DNA from: Macrostomum lignano
Lineage: Eukaryota
Reading direction: 5' to 3'
NCBI GenBank assembly: GCA_002269645.1
Contig: NIVC01002159.1
Coordinates: forward strand, 1 to 64,000
DNA length: 64,000 nucleotides
Of this stretch, positions 12,201 to 24,200 are shown one piece after another. The stretch's first letter is position 1, and each line of letters starts with the position of its first letter. Below the pieces are notes generated by a model. The model was not told the origin of the DNA. It saw only the letters and a list, made by a program, of their open reading frames with translations, and searched no databases. Made by a program: the position numbers and the translations under genes.

Positions 12201-15200
12201 GAGATGAAGTACCGGACACTGGATGCTGATGAGGCGCAGTACCGGACACTGGATGCTGATGAGGCGCAGTACCGGACACTGGATGCTGATGAGCCGCAGT
12301 ACCGGACGCTGGATGCTGATGAGATGAAGTACCGGACACTGGATGCTGATGAGGCGCAGTACCCGACACTGGATGCTGATGAGGCGCAGTACCGGACACT
12401 GGATGCTGATGAGCCGCAGTACCGGACGCTGGAGGCTGATGAGGCACTGTAACGGACACTGGATGCTGATGAGACTCAGTACCGGACACTGTAGGCTGAT
12501 GAGGCGCAGTACCGGACACTGGAGGCTGATGAGGCACTGTACCGGACACTGGATGCTGATGAGACACAGTACCGGACACTGGAGGCTGATGAGACGCTGT
12601 ACCGGACGCTGGAGGCTGATGAGGCGCAGTACCGGACACTGAATGCTGATGAGGCGCAGTACCGGACACTGGATGCTGATGAGGCGCAGTACCGGACACT
12701 GGAGGCTGATGAGATGAAGTACCGGACACTGGATGCTGATGAGGCGCAGTACCGGGCGTTTGATGATGATGAGATGAGATGACGACTTGTTCGGAGGCTG
12801 ACGAATTGCAGGGGCTCACTTGCCTCCAGCTGGTGGGCCCCTCTTGCCTTTTCCCGGCTTTGGGCACTGGAATGAGAGATGGCCTATCTCCCCGCAGTTG
12901 TAGCACTTGACACCGCTACGCTGCTTCGAGCTGGACGGAGCCGCCTGCTTGGATTGTTGCTTGTCTTGAAGGCCGGGTTCGGGCGGCTCCTGCTGGCCCT
13001 GCTGCATCTGCTCCATCCGTCGGATCTTTTCTTCCATTTCCTTTACTTTTTGACGCAGTTGCCGTAGCTCCTCGTCTTTGCCGGTGTCACCTGTCGACGT
13101 TTCGGTGGCAAAGGCATTCAGCCCAGCCCTGGGTCTGGCTTTGGACTGGGTCGAAGACGCCTTCTGGGCTGCTTCAAGTTGTCTTACTGTTCGAATGGCA
13201 TCGGTGAGGTTGGCCGTCTGCTGCAGGTACAGTCTTTCTCGGACAGTGTCGGTTACTCGAACACCTTTTAGAAATCTGTCTTTCGCCAGCTCTGTCCTGG
13301 TGTCGGCATCCGCGGTGGGGAAGGCATTGCGCACCAACTCCAGCAGCTCGTCCCCGTAGGTCTCCACAGACTCCTTGTCTAGCTGATCTCGATTCGATAA
13401 TTCAAAACGGTAGTCCTGGGCTGTTCTGTTCATGGTGAACCGCGCCAGCAGTGCATCCGTGAATTCCCCGTACTCGATGTCGTCTGCCAAGTCCAGCTTA
13501 TCAACGGCAGCGTAGGCTGTTGTGAGGTCGAGTAGGCCGATCAGGTGCGGCCGCCTGGCTTCTTCTTCTATACCGACAGCCTCGCAGTACTCGTTGAAAC
13601 TCTGCAGCCATAGGCTGAAATTCATCGTTGGTATGTACTTGGGCGGCTTCGAGAGTCGTGGCGCTGCTCGGTCGGCGTTGGCTCTGAGGCGCGCAGCCAG
13701 CGCATCGATCAGTTGGTCCATAGCTTGATCACCCATGGCCGAAGTCACTGAATACCGTTGCTACTCTTTACTCTGAGGTGGTGATAGCTATCAATCTCTG
13801 ATAACCAATCAGTTGTCTGTCACCGTGATCAATGTCTTTTGCGGTAGGGCAATAGCCGCAGGCGATAAGCAAAAGTCGTTTTAATAAGAAAAACGCTCAC
13901 AATATGACAGCAATTTTCATAGAAAGCAACTGAGCCGACTTTCAATCTTTGGGGACAGGGTCCCTGTTCGGGCGCCAATTTGTTGTAACCCGGGTCGGCT
14001 TGGGTGCCCAGTCCCGAGTACAATATATATTATATGTGATATAACAGGCGTTGTGACGCTCTGTCTGTACTTTTATGAATACGACGAGCAGGCGTGGCGA
14101 CGCTCTGCGATAATAATTTGATCCCTCTGGTGTTGTGACACTCAGAGTTCACGCTGCGGCTCGAGGTGTGGTGACACTCTCGAGTGCTTCTATTCTCTAT
14201 ACCGTAGGGCGTACGCAATATATGGTAAACGGTACCGTACTACAGAAGCTATATGGTCTCCCGGCGTTATGACGCTCTGGCAAGAATTCGGCCTAGCAAG
14301 CTTCCCGAAAAGAAAGGACTCAAACAGCAGGCGGCTTACCAGTGGCCAGATGACTGTTCACCGTTTATTATTCGCAGGTCTCAAGCGCAGTTTCCGACTT
14401 CTTCTTAATTCTCCAAGACTCTTCTCAATTAGGCTATTGTCTTTCTTTTATCGAAGTAGCTAATGTTGCTGTTTCTTTTATCAGGTCTCGCGCTTGCACT
14501 CTGGGAGCACACCAAAACACAAAAAGCACGCAGGTGGTGGGCAAGAGCCAGAGTCGCACCATAAATAGCACCCAAACCCTGGGGCAGACGGCCCCACCGG
14601 CTAAGCTCACCAAAACAAACCACGCCGGCCCAGCCAATCAAAACCCCGCCTAAGGGGGAGGGGCAGCACCCGCGCCAAAGCTGGCCCGGCCGCAGCCAAC
14701 CAGCCCTGAGCACGGGGCAGGGGCACGGCTGGGGAGGGGCACGCGCAAAGCCCGGCCGGCGGCCAAACCCTGCCACGCCCGCCAACCCCCCCCCCAACCA
14801 GCCCCAAAGTGCAACGCGCCCTGCCAACTGACAAGGGCGCATGCACTACAGTATAAAGCAGTCAGTCTACTGTATAGAGCAAAGAGAATCAATATTTTCT
14901 GTTCCTTTTGTTATTTCCATCTACTAAAAATTTTATACTATACGAAAACACAAAACAGCTTACTGATTTATCAGTCTCAGTTTCATTTCGGCTCTCTATT
15001 GGCATCTTCAAATCAAAACAGAACACAGCCCCATCTGTCCTCAGTAATTTAATACGGTTTAGGCAGGCAAGCGTGGGGATTTCAAGATTTCGAGATCCGA
15101 TTCGATCCGAGATTATTGCGGAGAAATTTGGTCGGTTTAAGATGGAAATTCGAGATTGGATTCGTTCACCTCCACTTGAATTGTTTACGGCTTTGGGGGA

Positions 15201-18200
15201 AAAAGTGCTCGCATCTGACCCCGTATAGCAATTTTGAGCGGCTGATGCTCCTAATTAATAATTGCGTTGGAGTTTGTCTGTAAACTGTAGCTGTCTTATT
15301 ATTTGTCGATGTCTGAATGCCTCTAAAAGAGGATATTTAGATGCTTCTAACTGTTTGTTATTAAGTAGCTGTCAAGCGGGTGTTGTCTGTATTCGCCTGT
15401 AAGTATCTGTCAAGCTTCGTGTTGTCTGTATTTGCCTGTAAGTATCTGTCAAACCGGCTGTTGTCTGTAATTTGCCTGTAAGTATCTGTCAAACCGGCTG
15501 TTGTCTGTAATTTGCCTGTAAGTATCTGTCAAACCGGGTGTTGTCTGTATTCGCCTGTAAGTATCTGTCAAACCGGCTGTTGTCTGTATTCGCCTGTAAG
15601 TATCTGTCAAACCGGCTGTTGTCTGTATTTGCCTGTAAGTATCTGTCAAACCGGGTGTTGTCTGTATTCGCCTGTAAGTATCTGTCAAGCTTCGTGTTGT
15701 CTGTATTTGCCTGTAAGTATCTGTCAAACCGGCTGTTGTCTGTAATTTGCCTGTAAGTATCTGTCAAACCGGCTGTTGTCTGTATTCGCCTGTAAGTATC
15801 TGTCAAGCTTCGTGTTGTCTGTATTCGCCTGTAAGTGGCTGTCAAGCTTCGTGTTGTCTGTATTCGCCTGTAAGTATCTGTCAAACCGGCTGTTGTCTGT
15901 ATTTGCCTGTACGCGTGACTATCTAGTCTGTTGTTTGTAAATGTCTGTAGCTGTTCTGCAATAAGAAACGTCTTCGCCTGTAGTTATAAACTCGCTATTA
16001 ATTTTTGTAGACGATGGTTCCACATTTCTGTAAATATTGGCGCATTCTCGAATCTGCACAGTTTGGCGTCATCCCGTCCGCGATCAGCCCGACAATTGTC
16101 AAAATTTTTTCCTCCTTTTTTCGACACTCTGTACCCAATTAACCAGCATTCAACCCTACCTGCAAAGCAGAGTAAGCCCTGCAGTCAGCTTCCTTGATGT
16201 AATAAAAACCGTGCTAGAAAAAAGTCACTCTTTCAATGTGCTGCTTGTCCCTCTCAATAATCTCGATACTGCAGGGACTATTACACGCAATTTCGAGCTG
16301 TTTTTTCTGGGCAATGGGAACATCTTGAATCGACAGAATGAAGGCAACCCCACTGACTGCTGCTGGCTTTGCCTTGGTCAAGGACTACTAAACAGAGAAT
16401 ACTTGCTTTTCGTCTGCTGCACAAAAGAGATTACATGTATCACTGCAGGTAATTATCACTGCAGGTAATTATCACTGCAGGTAATTATCACTGCAGGTAA
16501 TTATCCCTGCAGGTAATTATCACTGCAGGTAATTATCCCTGCAGGTAGTTATCACTGCAGGTAATTATCACTGCAGGTAATTATCACTGCAGGTAATTAT
16601 CACTGCAGGTAATTATCACTGCAGGTAATTATCACTGCAGGTAATTATCCCTGCAGGTAGTTATCACTGCAGGTAATTATCACTGCAGGTAATTATCACT
16701 GCAGGTAATTATCACTGCAGGTAATTATCCCTGCAGGTAGTTATCACTGCAGGTAATTATCACTGCAGGTAATTATCACTGCAGGTAATTATCCCTGCAG
16801 GTAATTATCACTGCAGGTAATTATCACTGCAGGTAATTATCACTGCAGGTAATTATCACTGCAGGTAATTATCACTGCAGGTAATTATCACTGCAGGTAA
16901 TTATCACTGCAGGTAATTCTCACTGCAGGTAATCATCACTGCAGGTAATCATCACTGCAGGTAATCATCACTGCAGGTAATTATCACTGCAGGTAATTAT
17001 CACTGCAGGTAATTATCACTGCAGGTAATTATCACTGCAGGTAATTATCACTGCAGGTAATTATCACTGCAGGTAATTATCACTGCAGGTAATTATCACT
17101 GCAGGTAATTATCACTGCAGGTAATTATCACTGCAGGTAATTATCACTGCAGGTAATTATCACTGCAGGTAATTATCACTGCAGGTAATTATCACTGCAG
17201 GTAATTCTCACTGCAGGTAATCATCACTGCAGGTAATCATCACTGCAGGTAATCATCACTGCAGGTAATTATCACTGCAGGTAATTATCACTGCAGGTAA
17301 TTATCACTGCAGGTAATTATCACTGCAGGTAATTATCACTGCAGGTAATTATCACTGCAGGTAATTATCACTGCAGGTAATTATCACTGCAGGTAATTAT
17401 CACTGCAGGTAATTATCACTGCAGGTAATTATCACTGCAGGTAATTATCACTGCAGGTAATTATCACTGCAGGTAATTATCACTGCAGGTAATTATCACT
17501 GCAGGTAATTATCACTGCAGGCAATTATCGCGCAACCGCTTACTTGAGGGCAAATTTACTAGCCTAAATGTTTTGGGTATAGGGCGAAAACCGGCTGAGC
17601 CTTCCGCCCCAAATCCTCTTTCTAACCCCCTGTCCCAGCTTGCATCCAATTGGCTGGCTCCCGTTGATCGTATAAAACTGTTCATAGAGTCGGGCAGAAA
17701 CAAAAGAGGGGCTTTGAAAAAAGAGAAAAAAGCAGTTTATTGGAAATAACAGAAGACACAAATTAGCAAAGCAGAAGACAGATGGATAGAGCGATGCAGG
17801 AGCAGCGGCACAAGCAGCATCAGCAGCAGCGCCGGTCTCAGACTCAGGCCCTGCCTCCAAAACCCCCGCCAAAGACTTACCTGATTGCATTGCAGCACCG
17901 CACGGCTGCCACCAGCCCGACGCCGCAGTCACAGCCGCCTTTGTCGCCTCAGTCTCCGGCAGCAGCAACACTTGGGTGAGTTTGTCGAAACGGAATGTTT
18001 TGCTAAATGAAATAATCAAATCATCATATTTCTAAATTTAGTTATTTTGATGTGCTTCCCTTGTCTCTGCGCCTGTCGAGCTCCGAGCCCCAACAGACGC
18101 CCTGTCTGTAGTGGAATTAGTAATTACTGGCTCAGACACCGCATGCAGATGTTCGTTTGAATCAGCTGCAAGCTGGAATAATGAATATTCATTAATCCTA

Positions 18201-21200
18201 CAGGTTGGTAGCTAAGGTTCAGTGCCACAATTCTGCACTATTAGTAAAAGACACTACTGTGCAGTCAATGAAAAAAGTGACTTGGTCTCTCGCACTGTGT
18301 AAGACGGTGGGATCTGTCCATACAGATCCAAACAGGACTTCATACTGGCTGTCTTGCGATACATTTGCGATAACTAATGGGATATTGGGGAATGGGAGAC
18401 AGTCAAAACAGGGATGCATTGTGACTGTAAGACTGGGATGCGGTGAGACAAGAAATTACTAAGTGAGGATGGGAGACTGAGAGAGGAGAGGGAGCCAGAA
18501 TGAGGAGAGGGAGACAGAGAGGAGAGGGAGACAAGAGAGGAGAGGGAGACAAGAGAGGAGAGGGAGACAAGAGAGGAGAGGGAGACAAGAGAGGAGAGGG
18601 AGACAAGAGAGGAGAGGGAGACAAGAGAGGAGAGGGAGACAAGAGAGGAGAGGGAGACAAGAGAGGAGAGGGAGACAAGAGAGGAGAGGGAGACAAGAGA
18701 GGAGAGGGAGACAAGAGAGGAGAGGGAGACAAGAGAGGAGAGGGAGACAAGAGAGGAGAGGGAGACAAGAGAGGAGAGGGAGACAAGAGAGGAGAGGGAG
18801 ACAAGAGAGGAGAGGGAGACAAGAGAGGAGAGGGAGACAAGAGAGGAGAGGGAGCCAAGAGAGGAGAGGGAGACAAGAGAGGAGAGGGAGACAAGAGAGG
18901 AGAGGGAGACAAGAGAGGAGAGGGAGACAAGAGAGGAGAGGGAGCCAGAGAGAGAGGGAGACAAGAGAGGAGAGGGAGCCAGAGAGAGGAGAGGGAACCA
19001 GAGAGAGGAGAGGGAACCAGAGAGAGGAGGGAGACAAGAGAGGAGAGGGAGCCAAGAGAGGAGAGGGAGACAAGAGAGGAGAGGGAGACAAGAGAGGAGA
19101 GGGAGACAAGAGAGGAGAGGGAGACAAGAGAGGAGAGGGAGCCAGAGAGAGAGGGAGACAAGAGAGGAGAGGGAGCCAGAGAGAGGAGAGGGAACCAGAG
19201 AGAGGAGGGAGACAAGAGAGGAGAGGGAGACAAGAGAGGAGAGGGAGACAAGAGAGGAGAGGGAGACAAGAGAGGAGAGGGAGACAAGAGAGGAGAGGGA
19301 GCCAGAGAGAGAGGGAGACAAGAGAGGAGAGGGAGCCAGAGAGAGGAGAGGGAACCAGAGAGAGGAGAGGGAACCAGAGAGAGGAGGGAGACAAGAGAGG
19401 AGAGGGAGACAAGAGAGGAGAGGGAGACAAGAGAGGAGAGGGAGACAAGAGAGGAGAGGGAGACAAGAGAGGAGAGGGAGACAAGAGAGGAGAGGGAGAC
19501 AAGAGAGGAGAGGGAGACAAGAGAGGAGAGGGAGACAAGAGAGGAGAGGGAGCCAGAGAGAGGAGAGGGAGCCAGAGAGAGGAGAGGGAGTCCAGAGAGG
19601 AGAGGGAGTCCAGAGAGGAGAGGGAGTCCAGAGAGGAGAGGGAGACAAGAGAGGAGAGGGAGCCAGAGAGAGAGGAAGACAAGAGAGGAGAGGGAACCAG
19701 AGAGAGGAGAGGGAACCAGAGAGAGGAGGGAGACAAGAGAGGAGAGGGAGACAAGAGAGGAGAGGGAGACAAGAGAGGAGAGGGAGACAAGAGAGGAGAG
19801 GGAGCCAGAGAGAGGAGAGGGAGCCAGAGAGAGGAGAGGGAGTCCAGAGAGGAGAGGGAGTCCAGAGAGGAGAGGGAGTCCAGAGAGGAGAGGGAGTCCA
19901 GAGAGGAGAGGGAGTCCAGAGAGGAGAGGGAGCCAGAGAGAGAGGGAGACAAGAGAGGAGAGGGAGCCAGAGAGAGGAGAGGGAACCAGAGAGAGGAGAG
20001 GGAACCAGAGAGAGGAGGGAGACAAGAGAGGAGAGGGAGACAAGAGAGGAGAGGGAGACAAGAGAGGAGAGGGAGACAAGAGAGGAGAGGGAGACAAGAG
20101 AGGAGAGGGAGACAAGAGAGGAGAGGGAGACAAGAGAGGAGAGGGAGACAAGAGAGGAGAGGGAGACAAGAGAGGAGAGGGAGACAAGAGAGGAGAGGGA
20201 GACAAGAGAGGAGAGGGAGCCAGAGAGAGGAGAGGGAGCCAGAGAGAGGAGAGGGAGCCAGAGAGAGGAGAGGGAGCCAGAGAGAGGAGAGGGAGTCCAG
20301 AGAGGAGAGGGAGTCCAGAGAGGAGGCGGAGAAGCGGTGAGAAGAGATACACGGGGAGAAGTACAAGGGCAAAGGTAGGGAGCAGCGAACAGATGGAGAT
20401 GGGCGAGATAGGCAGGAACGTTAGACAGGGGAAGATATTGTAGAAAGTCAGAACGGTGCGGCAGGCCGGAGGCGCAGCGCAGTCCCTGTGTTTACTCCAG
20501 CTGGGCCTGATGGGATCCGAGGCAGAGCCCTTTGCGGCATCGAATTTCCCATGCTCCCCCCCGCGCAGCGCAACAGCGTTCGACCATTTTGTGTTCGGAT
20601 TTCAAGCCAGTCGAACGTTTGATAATTTTGTTCAAGCAGCCGGAGCCATGCTGGCCATTTTGCCCAAGGCCAGGCGAACGGGACAAAGTGTCTGTTCACT
20701 TGTGATTAATAATAATATCCCTGCTACTCTTGATTATCTCCCTGATAATCCCAAATGCGAATTAGCGCATGCAAGGTGGAGATTTAAAAATTGGGAATGT
20801 TGGTGACTTATGCTGAACTTTCATGCCCCAGTTCGCAGCGATTGCATAATTGAAAAAAGTGCAAAAGGCCCGCTGGTTTTGGCTTTCAATAAATCCCTCC
20901 GGGGGGGGCCTAGGCTGGGGTCGGTGCTCGGTCCTTTCAATCAACCCGCTCGCAGGGGGATTATTTATGCAGCATCCATGCAGCCCTCGGACACTTCCCC
21001 GACCATCTGCCAAGGTTGCTTGGTGCTTCTTTCTGCTTTGGCTTTCTTTGCTGCTTGAAGCAGTTGGCTTTGGGTGGTCGCCGTGTTATCTTATAATTCT
21101 CCTTAATCCTCCTATTTATGGTCAGAGTGAGGCGGCGGGAGAATTCTAGGAATTCGGTTGTTGCGATTCGAGACAAATGAAAAGCATATAATTCAATCAG

Positions 21201-24200
21201 CCGATCGATCAGTATATTCGATATGTTGAGCAGTAAACTTTCTAGACGATGTATTGACCTAGCTGAATCAGCCGATATGTTGCGCAGTAATCTTAATAAA
21301 GGATGTATTGACCTAGCTGAATCAGCCGATATGTTGCGCAGTAATCTTAATAAAGGATGTATTGACCTAGCCGAATCAGCCGATATGTTGCGCAGTAAAC
21401 TTAATAAAGGATGTATTGACCTAGCCGAATCAGCCGATATGTTGTGCAGTAAACTTAATAAAGGATGTATTGACCTAGCTGAATCAGCCGATATGTTGCG
21501 CAGTAAACTTAATAAAGGATGTATTGACCTAGCCGAATCAGCCGATATGTTGCGCAGTAAACTTAATAAAGGATGTATTGACCTAGCTCAATCGGCCGAT
21601 ATGTTGCGCAGTAATCTTAATAAAGGATGTATTGACCTAGCCGAATCAGCCGATATGTTGCGCAGTAAACTTAATAAAGGATGTATTGACCTAGCCGAAT
21701 CAGCCGATATGTTGCGCAGTAAACTTAATAAAGGATGTATTGACCTAGCCGAATCAGCCGATATGTTGCGCAGTAAACTTAATAAAGGATGTATTGACCT
21801 AGCCGAATCAGCCGATATGTTGTGCAGTAAACTTAATAAAGGATGTATTGACCTAGCTGAATCAGCCGATATGTTGCGCAGTAAACTTAATAAAGGATGT
21901 ATTGACCTAGCCGAATCAGCCGATATGTTGCGCAGTAAACTTAATAAAGGATGTATTGACCTAGCTCAATCGCCCGATATGTTGAGCAGTAAACTTAATA
22001 AAAGATGTATTGACCTAGCTGAATTGGCTGATATGTTGCGCAGTAAACTTAATAAAGGATGATTGACCTAGCTGAATCGGCCGATATGTTGAGCAGTAAA
22101 TTTAATAAAGGATGTATTGACCTAGCCGAATCAGCCGATATGTTGCGCAGTAAACTTAATAAAGGATGTATTGACCTAGCCGAATCAGCCGATATGTTGT
22201 GCAGTAAACTTAATAAAGGATGTATTGACCTAGCTGAATCAGCCGATATGTTGCGCAGTAAACTTCATAAAGGATGTATTGACCTAGCCGAATCAGCCGA
22301 TATGTTGCGCAGTAAACTTAATAAAGGATGTATTGACCTAGCTCAATCGGCCGATATGTTGCGCTGTAAACTTAATAAAGGATGTATTGACCTAGCTGAA
22401 TCGCCCGATATGTTGAGCAGTAAACTTAATAAAAGATGTATTGACCTAGCTGAATCGGCTGATATGTTGCGCAGTAAACTTAATAAAGGATGTATTGACC
22501 TAGCTCAATCGGCCGATATGTTGCGCTGTAAACTTAATAAAGGATGTATTGACCTAGCTGAATCGCCCGATATGTTGAGCAGTAAACTTAATAAAAGATG
22601 TATTGACCTAGCTGAATCGGCTGATATGTTGCGCAGTAAACTTAATAAAGGATGATTGACCTAGCTGAATCGGCCGATATGTTGAGCAGTAAATTTAATA
22701 AAGGATGTATTGACCTAGCTGAATCAGCCGATATGTTGCGCAGTAAACTTAATAAAGGATGTATTGACCTAGCTGAATCGGCCGATATGTTGAGCAGTAA
22801 ACTTAATAAAGGATGTATTGACCTAGCTGAATCGGCCGATATGTTGAGCAGTAAACTTAATAAAGGACGTATTGACCTAGCCGAATCAGCCGATATGTTG
22901 TGCAGTAAACTTAATAAAGGATGTATTGACCTAGCTGAATCAGCCGATATGTTGCGCAGAAATAGAAAATTTATTAAAAAAAGAGAAAATCGGCCGAGAA
23001 AATTCTGATAAATTCCAGAAACTTTCGAACCAAAAGCCATTATCTCCCAATAGATAAAATGTCTTCTTTAAAAGCAGCAATTTATTGGACAGCTGAGCGC
23101 AAAGTTCAAAGAAATGAAAGCAGAACACAAGCGGCGAGACCCAAGTCTTCAGCGGCTTTCTTTGAAGTTTAACTGCGGGTCGATTTTCCGACCCCTTTGA
23201 TGTTCAAAGCTCAATTAATAATAATATAGCTACTGCTATTAATATTATCTTGATGCTCGTCTAAGCAAAGCTCGAGTCTGACTTGGCTGCGACTGCCTGT
23301 CGCTCTGCTGTGCGTTTCAAGTCTAAAGAGGGGAGAGTTCAGAGCAAGTTGGTCTTCACCCGGTCTGCCCAGACCAGTTTGTTCCCACTCACCCACACAG
23401 TGTCTGACCCACACAGTGTTTGACCCAGAATGAATCTGGCCCACTCAGTGCCTGACCCACAGTGTCTGACCCACACAGTCTGACCCACAGTGTCTGACCC
23501 ACACAGTGTCTGACCCACACAGTGTCTGACCCACAGTGTCTGACCCTCACAGTGTCTGACCCACACAGTGTCTGACCCACACAGTGTCTGACCTACTCAG
23601 TGTCTGACCCAGAATCAATCTGACCCACTCAGTGTCTGACCCACTCAGTGTCTGACCCACTCCGTGTCTGACCTACTCAGTGTCTGACCCACTCAGTGTC
23701 TGACCCACTCAATTTTTGACCCACACAGTGTCTGACCCACTCAGTGTCTGACCCACACAGTGTCTGACCCAGACTGAATCTGACCCACACAGTGTCTGAC
23801 CCAGAATGAATCTGACCCACACAGTGTCTAACCCAGACTGAATCTGACCCACACAGTGTCTGACCCAGAATGAATCTGACCCACACAGTGTCTGACCCAG
23901 AATGAATCTGACCCACACAGTGTCTGACCTAGAATGAATCTGACCCACACAGTGTCTGACCCAGAATGAATCTGACCCACACAGTGTCTGACCCAGAATG
24001 AATCTGACCCACACAGTGTCTGACCCAGAATGAATCTGACCCACACAGTGTCTGACCCAGAATGAATCTGACCCACACAGTGTCTGACCCAGAATGAATC
24101 TGACCCACACAGTGTCTGACCCACACAGTGTCTGACCTACTCAGTGTCTGACCCACACAGTTTCTGACCCAGACTGAATCTGACCCACACAGTGTCTGAC

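Larger units (their letters stand above)
5048..14850 (-). mobile_element. Full-length Ty3/Gypsy (Metaviridae) LTR retrotransposon with gag, pol and an extra J-domain ORF
   Basis: Two ~870-bp direct repeats with TG...CA ends, PBS, PPT, CCHC gag, pol domain order PR-RT-RH-IN. Confidence 0.97.

Noticed and set aside
12856-12906. Independent start of pol at 12906
   Set aside because: The codon is GTG inside the gag zinc knuckle; the -1 slippery site explains pol expression.
18374-20443. Long ORFs (424-649 aa) on both strands
   Set aside because: Translation artefacts of a purine-only minisatellite that lacks stop codons.
20456-20806. GC-rich ORF as an extra RhoGEF exon
   Set aside because: No recognisable motif and weak splice signals; cannot be supported from sequence alone.
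21223-23008. ORFs of CIDLAESADMLRSKLNKG repeats as an LRR-like protein
   Set aside because: They arise from a 54-bp intronic minisatellite, are broken by 1-nt deletions near 22060 and 22650, and have no splice signals linking them to the gene.
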